From assembly GCA_020353515.1 (NCBI GenBank), contig CP070695.1:1864041-1928040 (forward strand): a DNA stretch of 64,000 nucleotides, written 5' to 3'. The notes under the pieces were generated by a model. The model was not told the origin of the DNA, did not search any database, and saw only the letters and a program-made list of their open reading frames with translations. The DNA is from Candidatus Heimdallarchaeota archaeon. Lineage in GTDB: Archaea > Asgardarchaeota > Heimdallarchaeia > Hodarchaeales > Hodarchaeaceae. This document shows, piece by piece, positions 1 through 9,681 of the stretch. Positions within the stretch are counted from its first letter, which is position 1. Each line of letters opens with the position of its first letter. Made by a program: the position numbers and the translations under genes.

Positions 1-1
1 T

Positions 2-991
2 TCTGGTAATGGAACTATATTCTATCGATGGGATGGAGGAAATAATGGAACAATTGATGAGGGCACTTATATATTAGTTCCAAATCCCGATTTGGAAATT
101 TCTCATTCTCTAGATGTCTATGTGAGAGGTTCTACTGGATTATGGGCTCATTCTAGTTTTTCTTGGATTGTGGATAATAGTCCTCCCTTAATTTCCTGTA
201 ATTTTGAAAATAACTCGATTATTAAGGGAAATATCAAGATTATTGTTTTTTCTTCAGAAGATATTAACTTAACATATAGATTAATAAACACTGAAAATCG
301 AAGTGTTTTAATAAATACTGGTCAAAACCATACGATTTCTTATTCAAATCTAATTAATGGTAGTTATCAGCTATTTATTATTGGTTCAGATGAAGCTCAC
401 AACATTGCTTCCATTACTCTAATATTTTCAGTTTATACAAGTGCATTTAATTGGAATTGGGGATTAGAAGCGAAAATACCACGAACAATCAGAATTATTG
501 ACGCCTCAAGTGACCTTTGGTTCATTCTTACCTTAACTTCAGCAATTGATCAATCCTTCAACCTTACGGTCTTATCAAAGGATTTGTATCCTGTAAAAAA
601 TGATATGATAGAATACGTGATAGAATTCAATTGTGAGAAACCAGATGATATAATTTTTATTAGTTTGACCCTCCAATTGAGTTCTAATAATAGAGTGGTC
701 CCTGTGTATCAATGGGTACATTGGGATGTTGAATCAGAAGGATGGGTAAATATCACAACCTCATATAATGAGGTATCGAATAGTTGGGAAGCAACATATA
801 ATGGGTTTGTTCTCTATTTTGCTTTAATAAATCAAGGAATTAAAACAACCCTTACCTCAGTAACTCCTGGAGGAGGTCAGATTCCTTCGTTTGAAATTAT
901 TCCAGCTATTATGTCATTAATCATGGTTTCAACCTTTGTTTTCAATAAAAGGAGAATGAAGAAGAACTCAAAACGTCTCGGACTGAATTGA
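2..991 (+). CDS. C-terminal part of a surface/extracellular protein with a PGF-CTERM-like sorting signal (5' partial)
   Basis: The frame is open from position 2 (SGNGTIFYRWDGG...), so the gene starts before the window. It has Ig-like beta segments (VDNSPPLI) and many N-x-S/T sequons, and ends IPSFE + hydrophobic helix + KRRMKK. Confidence 0.8.
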   Translation, partial: SGNGTIFYRWDGGNNGTIDEGTYILVPNPDLEISHSLDVYVRGSTGLWAHSSFSWIVDNSPPLISCNFENNSIIKGNIKIIVFSSEDINLTYRLINTENRSVLINTGQNHTISYSNLINGSYQLFIIGSDEAHNIASITLIFSVYTSAFNWNWGLEAKIPRTIRIIDASSDLWFILTLTSAIDQSFNLTVLSKDLYPVKNDMIEYVIEFNCEKPDDIIFISLTLQLSSNNRVVPVYQWVHWDVESEGWVNITTSYNEVSNSWEATYNGFVLYFALINQGIKTTLTSVTPGGGQIPSFEIIPAIMSLIMVSTFVFNKRRMKKNSKRLGLN

Positions 992-992
992 A

Positions 993-2690
993 ATGAGCTA
1001 CAAAGATCCGCCTTCGGACCTCCTAATTGTGAATCAGGACAAAGTTATCTTCAGTTCTGGGATGGGAAAGTTGACAAGACATCCAGAGATTTCAGCCACT
1101 CTTGCTAATGTACTAACTCTCTTCTCTCAAAGAATTCTAAAAGGAGAACATATCGATTCAATTCGTTTTGATAACCACCTGATGGTATTTTTACCTTCTC
1201 AAAATCCTAATTTTCCAGAACTTGCTGCAGTAGTACTAGTTCCAATCGAAGTAAGTGCAAAACATGTTCTTCCTGGTATGAGAATCATCCTTAATTTAAT
1301 GGAAGAATATTTGCTAGGTAAAATTTACGATGCTAAGCTTCCCCAGTTAGATTGCTTCAATAGAGTCATTAACTTTCCTTCTCAGGCGATTTTCCTTTTA
1401 CCAAAAACTGCTGAAGGAGTTCGCTCAGCTCTTGTGCTTTTAGCTTGTTTTGCCCACGATTTTCAGCTTGGTCTTGAGAAAATAACATCCAGGATGTTCT
1501 TGGTTCGAGACGATGATTATTTATCTCTTGAAAATATTATTGAGAAAGTTGACAATCTTGGAGTCTTGTCTTTTTTTCCTCTTCCAAGCCATTTAAAGAA
1601 ACCCTTGAATAAATTCTGTGAAATTGGTCACAAAACACCCACGCGTCAGTTTTTTTCAGCTTTTCCTGACGAAAAACCATTCCAAACATTTGCTAGACTC
1701 GCTGGGTCAAATTCGAATGCGTTTAAAATGAAAACCTTCATTGAAAATGACGAAGCATTAGAAATTATGCAATCAATCGCTTCTTTAAATAAAGTATATG
1801 ATGTTTATGTACGGAATGAGATTCTCCAAGCCACAGTATTGAATCCAGGTCGGGATATCGTAACGACATTATCTTCCCCTCTTTTAAAGAAGATGATGCA
1901 AATAGCAGAACAGAAAGAAGTTACCCACCCCCAAATTACAACTCAATATCGAGATTTAGATCAGGTTGACGGATTTGTTGAGCTAAAAAATGTCAACAGG
2001 GTCTATAAAATCGGAAATCAACAGATATTTGCCTTAAAGAATTTATCTTTGGATTTATCGGGTGGCCAACTTGTAGTGGTCCTAGGTCCATCGGGATCAG
2101 GTAAAACCACCCTTTTAAATGTCATAGGAGGGATTGACAAATGTGAGGGGACAATTAGAGTAGGTGATATTGAAGTCACAAAACTAAGCAAAGGAAAACT
2201 GACAAAATATCGACGGGAGAAGTGTGGGTTTATCTTTCAGTTCTTTAACCTGATACCTGTTCTAACAGCCATTGAGAATATTGAATATGCGGTAGATCTC
2301 TCTAAAAGTAGGAAGATGTCGAAGAACGAAGTAAGAACAAAGACAGAGGAATATGTTAAGAAAATTGGATTATGGGAGAAAAGGTTCCTATTCCCCTCTC
2401 AACTCTCTGGAGGAGAACAACAACAGGTAGCTGCTGCACGTGCGTTTGCTAAGGAACCAGAAATACTACTATGTGATGAACCAACAGGAGAACTTTCGGT
2501 AAAAGAAGGCAAGAAGGTATTAGCGGTCATTCAAGGAATAATTAAAGAGAGACCAAATATGTTAGTGATACTCGTCACTCATAATCAGAAGATAGCTTTA
2601 ATTGGACATAAAGTTATTAGATTACGCTCTGGTAAAGTCGATTCTATTGAAACACAAATGCCAACTCCTGCAGAGAATATTACATGGTGA
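993..2690 (+). CDS. Fusion of an N-terminal longin/DENN-like region (~320 aa) and a LolD/MacB-type ABC ATPase
   Basis: The C-terminal part has Walker A GPSGSGKT, signature LSGGEQ, Walker B LLCDEP and H-loop VTHN. The N-terminal assignment is inferred from the secondary-structure pattern only. Confidence 0.8.
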   Translation: MSYKDPPSDLLIVNQDKVIFSSGMGKLTRHPEISATLANVLTLFSQRILKGEHIDSIRFDNHLMVFLPSQNPNFPELAAVVLVPIEVSAKHVLPGMRIILNLMEEYLLGKIYDAKLPQLDCFNRVINFPSQAIFLLPKTAEGVRSALVLLACFAHDFQLGLEKITSRMFLVRDDDYLSLENIIEKVDNLGVLSFFPLPSHLKKPLNKFCEIGHKTPTRQFFSAFPDEKPFQTFARLAGSNSNAFKMKTFIENDEALEIMQSIASLNKVYDVYVRNEILQATVLNPGRDIVTTLSSPLLKKMMQIAEQKEVTHPQITTQYRDLDQVDGFVELKNVNRVYKIGNQQIFALKNLSLDLSGGQLVVVLGPSGSGKTTLLNVIGGIDKCEGTIRVGDIEVTKLSKGKLTKYRREKCGFIFQFFNLIPVLTAIENIEYAVDLSKSRKMSKNEVRTKTEEYVKKIGLWEKRFLFPSQLSGGEQQQVAAARAFAKEPEILLCDEPTGELSVKEGKKVLAVIQGIIKERPNMLVILVTHNQKIALIGHKVIRLRSGKVDSIETQMPTPAENITW

Positions 2691-2697
2691 TAGAAAC

Positions 2698-5235
2698 TTG
2701 GCTAAAACGGCTAAAAATATATTTCGTGCTTTGAAAGCTCACAAAGTTCGTTTCTTTACAATTGCATTAGTTATTGCTATAGGAATCACATCATTTAATG
2801 GAATGATCACTGCTTTCGTGCTTATGACAAGAACGTATAACCAAGCATTCACGGACCACAATATGGCTAGTTTCACAATGTTAACAGCAAATCCAGGGGG
2901 TTCTGGTGAAGATGCTTGGATTGATTATAATAATCTTACAACCTACATGGATGAATTTATGACCCTGGACGAAGGATCTGCAGTTATTGGATATGAATTA
3001 AGGATCGTTTATGATACAATATTTGAGATCCGAGGTACTCGTCAAAATGGTCGAATTGTCGCATATACTACTGTTGATGAGAATGGAGACTATCGAGAAC
3101 CTGATGTAAATGGCTTTAAAATAATGGATGGAGAACCATTTTCAGAGACAAGCCAGTACAGAAATGTTTGCCTTGTTGAGATACACCTAGCAACATATTG
3201 GAAGCTGAAACAGCACGAATTTATCGCAGTCGGAGATGATAATACACCCTTTGAAGTACAAGGAACCGTTGGTTCACCAGAGTACCTGATTAATATGGGA
3301 TCCTACGCGGATATTATGCCAAGTCCCCGACGTTTTGGTGTTATTTATCTACCTTTAAGGACAGCTCAACGATTATTAAATGTTCCAGGAAAAGTAAATG
3401 AGATTTCTGTGTTACTTGGTACTGACCTCTTTACCCGCCAACGAGAAGCAATTGCGGATGATCTTCAGGACTTTCTAGAAGAGACTCATGATTTAAAGTT
3501 AAGTGATCCTATCGATAGAGACAAACAAGCCGCTTATTATGTGCTCAAATTAGATATTGAAGAGGCTAGGGAATTTGGTTATGTATTACCAGCAATCATT
3601 CTGGTGATGGCGATGGGAGGATTATATGTGCTGTTAGGGAGAATGGTTGTCGCAGAAAGAAAAGATATTGGTGTCGCTCAAGCTCTGGGTTATAGTCGGA
3701 GAACGATAATCCTTCAGTATCTAGGTATTGCCATGGTTGTAGCCATTATCGGGACTATTTTGGGAACGATACTAGGTTTAGTATTTCTAGAGTGGTTTGG
3801 CCCCCTCTATACTCAAATGCTAACAATACCTTTTGACCCGAAAGTTACAATTGAATGGCCTATCATTATAGTAGGAGTTTTATTAGGTCTTCTTACAGGA
3901 TTCATTGGAGGATATATGCCCATTCGGGGAGCTATTCAACCTCTTCCTGCAGAAAGTCTTCGTTTTGATCCATCACTCCATATCACGACCGGACGCGTAC
4001 CATTCATGGAACGAATATTAAATAAACTAGGAATACATCTGAGAGTCACTGGTTACAAAATTCCAATTAGAAACTTTTTCCGCAGCAAACGACGAACCTT
4101 TTCTTCTGTATTCGCAGTTATTGTGGCAGTTTCCTTAATTTCTATGGTATTTGGTATGATGGAATCAATGACTTATTCTTTATTTTTTCAATATGAAGTC
4201 GCAGAAGATTGGGACCTCAGGGTTGATTATTCAGAAATTCCAATTAATGCCTCTCAGATCGCCATGGGAATTAACGACTCAATTGATGGTGTAGTAAATG
4301 TCACGTACCATCTCATTTCAGGAGCAACAGTCACCTCAGATAATTCAGACGAGAGTAAACAGGTACAATTAATAGGGATGAATGATTCGAACGGCTACAC
4401 GGGACATAAATTTGAATTTGAAGATGGAGGATGGGATCCAACGGGAATTGTACTAAGTGTTCCTGTAGCTGAAAAGTTAAAAGTATGGGAAGGGGATACT
4501 GTAAGATTGGAATTACCTCGTTTAACAAACATAACAAGTACCGCTCCGTTAAGAGCTCATTTTGATATGGTCAACTTTACATTCCGTATTACTGGAATTG
4601 TTGATGAATTTAATGGACTAGTCGCCTACATGGAACTGAATAAGTTAGTTGATGTAAGTGCGTTCCCTGGCCAACCTGCGAATGTGATTTTGATTCAAGT
4701 GGATAATCCCACCCCGAGTAAACTGGACTCAATACGTAAGGAGATTTATCAAAAGTATAGCTACAATATTCGTAATATCTTCACCAAGGAAGAGCAGAGT
4801 AGTGATTTCTTGGATCTTCTTGATTTGATTTATTTTATTATTTACATTGTAGCAGTATTTGCGGTTATACTCTCATGTTCAATCGTTTATAATACCATTT
4901 ATATTAATTTACAGGAGCAGCAAAGAGAGATAGCAACTCTATTAACTATTGGGACACCAAGTAGACGCCTTGTTCGAAATGTAACAGTGGAAAATCTCAT
5001 CATCACAATCATTGGGACAGTCTTAGGGTTAATTCTGGGCTGGATCATGTTATGGTTTTTTATGAGAGTCATTCTGGATCTAGAATTTTTCCGAGTGAAA
5101 CTGTTTATGAGTAATGAAACAATTTTAATATCATTTGGACTGACATTCCTCGGTGTTTTAGTAGCTCAATTCTTCCCCTTAAGAAGAGCTTTGAATTTAA
5201 ATCTCGCAGAAGCAACAAAGGAGAGAGTGGTCTAG
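2698..5235 (+). CDS. FtsX/MacB-like ABC transporter permease (two repeats)
   Basis: Two TM-ectodomain-3TM repeats with the motifs ERKDIGVAQALG and QQREIATLLTIG. Start moved from 2602 to TTG 2698, which follows a GGTGA SD-like motif at 2686-2690. Confidence 0.9.
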   Translation: MAKTAKNIFRALKAHKVRFFTIALVIAIGITSFNGMITAFVLMTRTYNQAFTDHNMASFTMLTANPGGSGEDAWIDYNNLTTYMDEFMTLDEGSAVIGYELRIVYDTIFEIRGTRQNGRIVAYTTVDENGDYREPDVNGFKIMDGEPFSETSQYRNVCLVEIHLATYWKLKQHEFIAVGDDNTPFEVQGTVGSPEYLINMGSYADIMPSPRRFGVIYLPLRTAQRLLNVPGKVNEISVLLGTDLFTRQREAIADDLQDFLEETHDLKLSDPIDRDKQAAYYVLKLDIEEAREFGYVLPAIILVMAMGGLYVLLGRMVVAERKDIGVAQALGYSRRTIILQYLGIAMVVAIIGTILGTILGLVFLEWFGPLYTQMLTIPFDPKVTIEWPIIIVGVLLGLLTGFIGGYMPIRGAIQPLPAESLRFDPSLHITTGRVPFMERILNKLGIHLRVTGYKIPIRNFFRSKRRTFSSVFAVIVAVSLISMVFGMMESMTYSLFFQYEVAEDWDLRVDYSEIPINASQIAMGINDSIDGVVNVTYHLISGATVTSDNSDESKQVQLIGMNDSNGYTGHKFEFEDGGWDPTGIVLSVPVAEKLKVWEGDTVRLELPRLTNITSTAPLRAHFDMVNFTFRITGIVDEFNGLVAYMELNKLVDVSAFPGQPANVILIQVDNPTPSKLDSIRKEIYQKYSYNIRNIFTKEEQSSDFLDLLDLIYFIIYIVAVFAVILSCSIVYNTIYINLQEQQREIATLLTIGTPSRRLVRNVTVENLIITIIGTVLGLILGWIMLWFFMRVILDLEFFRVKLFMSNETILISFGLTFLGVLVAQFFPLRRALNLNLAEATKERVV

Positions 5236-5248
5236 GAGGTATACTCAA

Positions 5249-5995
5249 GTGGCATTTATTACACTAGAGAACATTCAGAAGAATTATACATTAGGGGAAA
5301 CAACAATTCCAGCTTTAAGAGGAATTGATGTCAATATAGAACTTGGAGAACTCGTTATTATTTTCGGTCCATCTGGAGCTGGCAAAACAACACTTTTAAA
5401 CATGATTGGTGGGTTAGATGTCCCTACATCTGGGACTGTGACTGTTGGTAAAATTGCTGTCTCTAAATTGTCTGATAAGTGGTTGACAATTTATCGTCGA
5501 AAGAAAGTTGGGGTTGTATTTCAATTTTTCAATCTAATTTCACGCCTATCCGCTTTAGAAAATGTAGAATATGCTTTAGAATTAGTAGGTGTGAAGAAAA
5601 AGTCCAATGGTGAAGTTACATTTGATTCCAAAGTGATCCGCCAAACAGCGATCGACTACCTTGATAAAGTCGGTCTTCACGATCGGATCCATCATTTTCC
5701 TGCTCAGCTAAGTGGCGGAGAACAACAACGAGTGGCCATTGCAAGAGCGCTAGCAAAAGAACCTGAAATCTTATTAGCCGATGAACCAACTGGTAATTTA
5801 GATTTTAAGATTGGTAGACAAGTCTTGGAAATTATGGAAGCTATGACTGGAAAGAAGTTGAATCGAACTGTGATTATTGTTACCCATAATGAAGCTATCT
5901 GTCCCTTAGGGGATCGTGTGATTCGTTTATCGGATGGTAGGATAGTTGAAGATTATACACAAACTTTTACCCCTGCAAAGGAATTATATTGGTAA
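5249..5995 (+). CDS. LolD/MacB-type ABC transporter ATP-binding protein
   Basis: GPSGAGKT, LSGGEQQRVAIARAL, LLADEPTGNLD and VTHN motifs; GGAGGT SD before the GTG start. Confidence 0.95.
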   Translation: MAFITLENIQKNYTLGETTIPALRGIDVNIELGELVIIFGPSGAGKTTLLNMIGGLDVPTSGTVTVGKIAVSKLSDKWLTIYRRKKVGVVFQFFNLISRLSALENVEYALELVGVKKKSNGEVTFDSKVIRQTAIDYLDKVGLHDRIHHFPAQLSGGEQQRVAIARALAKEPEILLADEPTGNLDFKIGRQVLEIMEAMTGKKLNRTVIIVTHNEAICPLGDRVIRLSDGRIVEDYTQTFTPAKELYW

Positions 5996-6005
5996 AAACC
6001 GGAAT

Positions 6006-6018
6006 TATTTTTTTTATT
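6006..6018 (+). terminator. Oligo-T archaeal-type terminator
   Basis: T-run directly after the stop codon of the ABC operon. Confidence 0.5.
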
Positions 6019-6341
6019 GACTTATCAGGTCTGCTTTACTTTCTCCTTTTATAGGAATTCTCCTTTGAAATATTACCAGGATTTAGCATGAGGAGAAACT
6101 GACCACTTATTATGACACAAAGAGCATATTGAATTCTTATTTCAAGCAGATAAAATGCTTTCAATCGAAGATCGTGAGAAGTTACTGCATCAATATGTTA
6201 AAAAAGCTGTGTTAGCATTGTCGACCTCATCAAATTCAGAGGTAGAGGCTTAGACTTTCTTTTAAATCTTTCCTTAAGAATTTAACGAAATACTGTGGGT
6301 GAAAAAAGAGAAAAAGAGAATGGATATTCTCTGATAATGTT

Positions 6342-6755
6342 CTATAGTCCCTCGGGTCGCTCATCCACGATTTTAACGACTTTTGTTCCTCCTCGCATGA
6401 AGAATAATCGCTTAAAATGTGTTCCAAACTTTCTTTTTGTGCTCGAATTGTCATCATAGACTACATTAAGACCCATTATTATTTTACCAACGGTTTGACC
6501 ATTGGTAAAGCTGGGAACCAAAATGAAATAAACAACTATAGTAAAAATAATCATAAGCACAAAAACTGGAAGAAGTACTTCAGTATATGCAATATCCTCA
6601 AAGGTGGGTAATAATTGTTGCATAACAAACCAATCAATTTGGCCTAAAAAAGTAAATATTACAGCCAGAATCACTATAACTACAAGATCGATTATGAGAG
6701 CGATTAAGCGAGGGGCAATTGGGGAGGTTTCATACTTAATTCGTTCAGTTGACAT
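6342..6755 (-). CDS. RDD family membrane protein
   Basis: APRLIALIID and GQTVGKIIMGLNVV are typical RDD motifs. Confidence 0.9.
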   Translation of the reverse strand: MSTERIKYETSPIAPRLIALIIDLVVIVILAVIFTFLGQIDWFVMQQLLPTFEDIAYTEVLLPVFVLMIIFTIVVYFILVPSFTNGQTVGKIIMGLNVVYDDNSSTKRKFGTHFKRLFFMRGGTKVVKIVDERPEGL

Positions 6756-6873
6756 ATTTTATCACTTATTTCTGTTCTTTTATTATATCTATTCAGTTTG
6801 TGACTATATCAGGAATCAAATCATCTTATGCGAGGTTTGTACTCCTATTCGACAATGATTATTAAATATTCTC

Positions 6874-6900
6874 GTGTACACTGTGCACAACCCCTTATAT
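6874..6900 (+). promoter_or_regulatory. Tandem palindromic operator next to a TATA-like box
   Basis: GTGTACAC (6874-6881) and TGTGCACA (6882-6889) are both perfect palindromes. TTATAT at 6895-6900 begins 28 nt before ATG 6923. Confidence 0.55.
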
Positions 6901-6922
6901 GTCATTCCAGAGGATGCGTTAT

Positions 6923-7108
6923 ATGCGAACATCAACAATAACCGTGCGACTACCGTTAAAGGTTTTACACGACATTGAAAGGCTATCAGAAGTCACAAAA
7001 TTACGGCCCTCCGTTCTCTGTGCGTATGTGCTGCAAGACAAGCTGCACGAATGGGCTCATGAATATGCAGAGAATATTTCTAAGGAGATCATCGGTGATC
7101 GCAAATGA
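6923..7108 (+). CDS. Ribbon-helix-helix (CopG-like) DNA-binding protein
   Basis: STITVRLP beta strand followed by two helices. ATG 6923 is preferred over 6899. The stop overlaps the next start (ATGA). Confidence 0.7.
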   Translation: MRTSTITVRLPLKVLHDIERLSEVTKLRPSVLCAYVLQDKLHEWAHEYAENISKEIIGDRK

Positions 7109-7854
7109 TTGATGTCATACTCCGTCTAAGTGCTATGGTTAGCATGTTCTTATTTGCAGCTTTATTCCTTTACGCTGCGATAAAATTTTTTAGAATTTGG
7201 AGAAAATTCAGGGAGGAATCTTTGTTTCATCTTGGTATGTTGAGTCTAGGCATGATCTTCTATTTTCTCATTGTATTTCTTATGGTTGCTTTAGCAGGGG
7301 ATCCTGAAACGACCGTATTTTTACTTAAAAGAGTGATTGGTATTGCGTACTCGATATTATCTCTTGAAATGAGTCTATTTTATGTCACTGCTTTCACAAA
7401 TAGACGTACCCTCTGGGAAAAATATATCCCGTATTTCTTTGGGATCACTACTGGAATTTCTTTTGCTATCTTAGGTATGAGGGAAACAGATCCGTGGTTT
7501 TCGGTTCTTCTATTAATTGCATACATCGCACCCTTATTCTTGATAACAATTCTTGTTGTTAGAATTGTACTTAGTTCTTATCATCTTTTACAAGATGACC
7601 AGCTTACCCCCGAGGACCGAGGATTCATCAAAACACTTGCAGGTACAGCTTTAATCCTCTTTATTGGTGCGATAGGAGATCTTTCATTCTTTTGGGCCGT
7701 TATTCTAATCGGGGCTGATCTTTGGACTTTTATTGTGTTACTCAGTGGAATTATAACACCTTTGATACTTGTTCTATCAATTTATCTCATTAGAGCTATA
7801 TTTTTAAACATTGAAGAAGCTGATATTGTCTATTTAATGAATCTCTTGAGTTAA
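7105..7854 (+). CDS. Seven-TM membrane protein, unknown function
   Basis: Seven hydrophobic segments and no soluble domain; translationally coupled to the RHH gene. Confidence 0.8.
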   Translation: MIDVILRLSAMVSMFLFAALFLYAAIKFFRIWRKFREESLFHLGMLSLGMIFYFLIVFLMVALAGDPETTVFLLKRVIGIAYSILSLEMSLFYVTAFTNRRTLWEKYIPYFFGITTGISFAILGMRETDPWFSVLLLIAYIAPLFLITILVVRIVLSSYHLLQDDQLTPEDRGFIKTLAGTALILFIGAIGDLSFFWAVILIGADLWTFIVLLSGIITPLILVLSIYLIRAIFLNIEEADIVYLMNLLS

Positions 7855-7890
7855 AGCCCTTATTTTTACACTGTTAAGAAGAGGGTCATC

Positions 7891-8082
7891 TCAAGAAGTC
7901 TGTTTCGAGGGACAATGTGTATCCCCATAGGAACAAAACACGCAACAATCACCTACTTCAGGTTGAAGTATCGCTTGGCAATTCCTACATTTATGAAGAA
8001 CAACACACTGGTCAATAGGCATCTCCAGAGTATCAGCAAAATCACATTTCGGACAAGTAAGTATTGAACTGGTTTTCATCAT
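7891..8082 (-). CDS. GDCCVxC domain-containing Cys-rich protein
   Basis: LTCPKC...MPIDQC...CRNC...GDCCVFCSYGDTHCP matches the family pattern. Confidence 0.85.
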   Translation of the reverse strand: MMKTSSILTCPKCDFADTLEMPIDQCVVLHKCRNCQAILQPEVGDCCVFCSYGDTHCPSKQTS

Positions 8083-8152
8083 ATCCCCTAGATTGAGAGA
8101 GGATAAAAAAAGTATTTCTTCTAAAATCAGACTTCATGAACATGACACACTC

Positions 8153-9358
8153 TCAAATCGACATGGAGTTTTCATCATTTGTCATAGATTTTCTTTCCAC
8201 ATTCTTTATTCGTTCAAGTATTGAGGGATGAGACATAAAAAATAATTTTTCCCACCATGGGGGGTCGACATCTGATAGATTTTGGTCCGCCATCTTGATG
8301 AACAGACTTTTAGCGACAGCTGGATTCCTGATAATAGAAGAAGCAAAATCATCTGTTTCTGCTTCTTGCCTTCTTGAGTACCAGAGACTCGGGATATCTA
8401 TTATAAAAGAGAATATCCAAAAACATAGGCCTATAACTGGGATACCGCTAACATCTCCAATGATTGAAGAATAACCTAAAAGATTGGTAAGAGGGGAAAA
8501 AGTCATATAGGTAAGCAAGAAGATCAAAAAAGTCGTAAAACTTCCAAGAATGATCCTTTTCCAGAAATCATGGTGTTTAAAATGACCAATCTCGTGAGCA
8601 AGGATCCATTTAATCTCATTCGGGGTATATCTATTTAGCATTGTGTCTGCAATGATAATGCGTCGAGTATTTCCAAGTCCTAAAAGAGCAGCATTTGAAG
8701 TGGTTGCCATCTCACCGATTTTCCAGATGAATGCTTTTGTGGTTTTAATACCTATCTGCTCTGTCATTTCCACTAGCTCTACTGCTAATTCAGGACGAGT
8801 GTCCTCTAATGGGTCAAATTTAAAGAAAAGCGGGAGTAAAACTATCGGGATCAGATTAGAAAAGATAATTGTGAATAGAATGAGTATTAGCGTTGCCCAA
8901 ATCCACCAAGTACTTGGAAAAGTTCTCAGTAACCAATAAAATCCCTCAAACATGGGAAAACTTATCAGGAAACCAATGAAATTTCCTTTGATGTATCGAA
9001 TCAACCATTTCTTATTTGTAAGTTTAGATAATCCATATTTTCTAGATAACCTTGAATGTAAGTAAAAAGACACAGGAAACTCAGCAAAATTTACAATAAG
9101 GAAACCCACAATAAAGAAGATACCTGTAAGAATGAAAGGATCATTTATGCCAATATTATTCAATAAATTACGAAAAAATACAGTTAATCGGGAAAGTAGT
9201 ACACCAATAGAGAGTATGAAAGAAATAATCATCAACCGAACGCTATAACGGCGAGAAGTACGTGTATAGGCAATCGCTAGCTCACGACGTTTAGGATCAA
9301 ACTCTGTTATTAGTGTGGGTTCAGTCAGAGGGATTTCATCTAAATTTTCACTATCCAC
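8153..9358 (-). CDS. M48 family zinc metallopeptidase (Ste24-like)
   Basis: NAALLGLGNTRRI, HEIGH, EAETD and SHPSILERI motifs; about 7 TM helices. Confidence 0.93.
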   Translation of the reverse strand: MDSENLDEIPLTEPTLITEFDPKRRELAIAYTRTSRRYSVRLMIISFILSIGVLLSRLTVFFRNLLNNIGINDPFILTGIFFIVGFLIVNFAEFPVSFYLHSRLSRKYGLSKLTNKKWLIRYIKGNFIGFLISFPMFEGFYWLLRTFPSTWWIWATLILILFTIIFSNLIPIVLLPLFFKFDPLEDTRPELAVELVEMTEQIGIKTTKAFIWKIGEMATTSNAALLGLGNTRRIIIADTMLNRYTPNEIKWILAHEIGHFKHHDFWKRIILGSFTTFLIFLLTYMTFSPLTNLLGYSSIIGDVSGIPVIGLCFWIFSFIIDIPSLWYSRRQEAETDDFASSIIRNPAVAKSLFIKMADQNLSDVDPPWWEKLFFMSHPSILERIKNVERKSMTNDENSMSI

Positions 9359-9681
9359 CGTAGTATCTTCCCTTTTTTTGGTTCTTTAATTGAGAGGAGA
9401 CCTTGATTTATCAAAAAATTAAATTATTCTAAATTAATGTTGTTAATAATAATTTGACTCATTGCATCATTTTAGGATCTTGAATTTCTTTTATGCTTTA
9501 ATTGTGAAAACATTGGTTTTGTCGAATCCTCTTTACCTATGTTGCTATTTTAAAGTTTTTTTATGAATTTGTATAAATTTCATATGCAAAGCTTAAAATT
9601 TGGTGTTTTTTGATATTTATGTGTAATTATATATTATGGTTTAAATGAAAAACTGGATCCTAAGGAGACGAGGTGTAAACC

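Noticed and set aside
2602-2697. N-terminal extension of the permease in the ORF track
   Set aside because: It overlaps the upstream ATPase by 89 nt; TTG 2698 has an SD-like motif and fits better.
6065-6253. Frame reading LKYYQDLA*GETDHLL*HKEHIEF...EVEA with two in-frame TGA codons (selenocysteine, readthrough or pseudogene?)
   Set aside because: No Cys-like context, no visible SECIS and no recognisable family. TGA is a normal stop elsewhere in the window. At most a gene remnant.
7105-7854. 7-TM protein as a rhodopsin
   Set aside because: No retinal-binding Lys in helix 7 and no rhodopsin helix-C motif.
8153-9358. Ste24-like protease as evidence for CaaX prenylation
   Set aside because: Such M48 peptidases are widespread in prokaryotes, and the Rab-like protein here has no C-terminal Cys.
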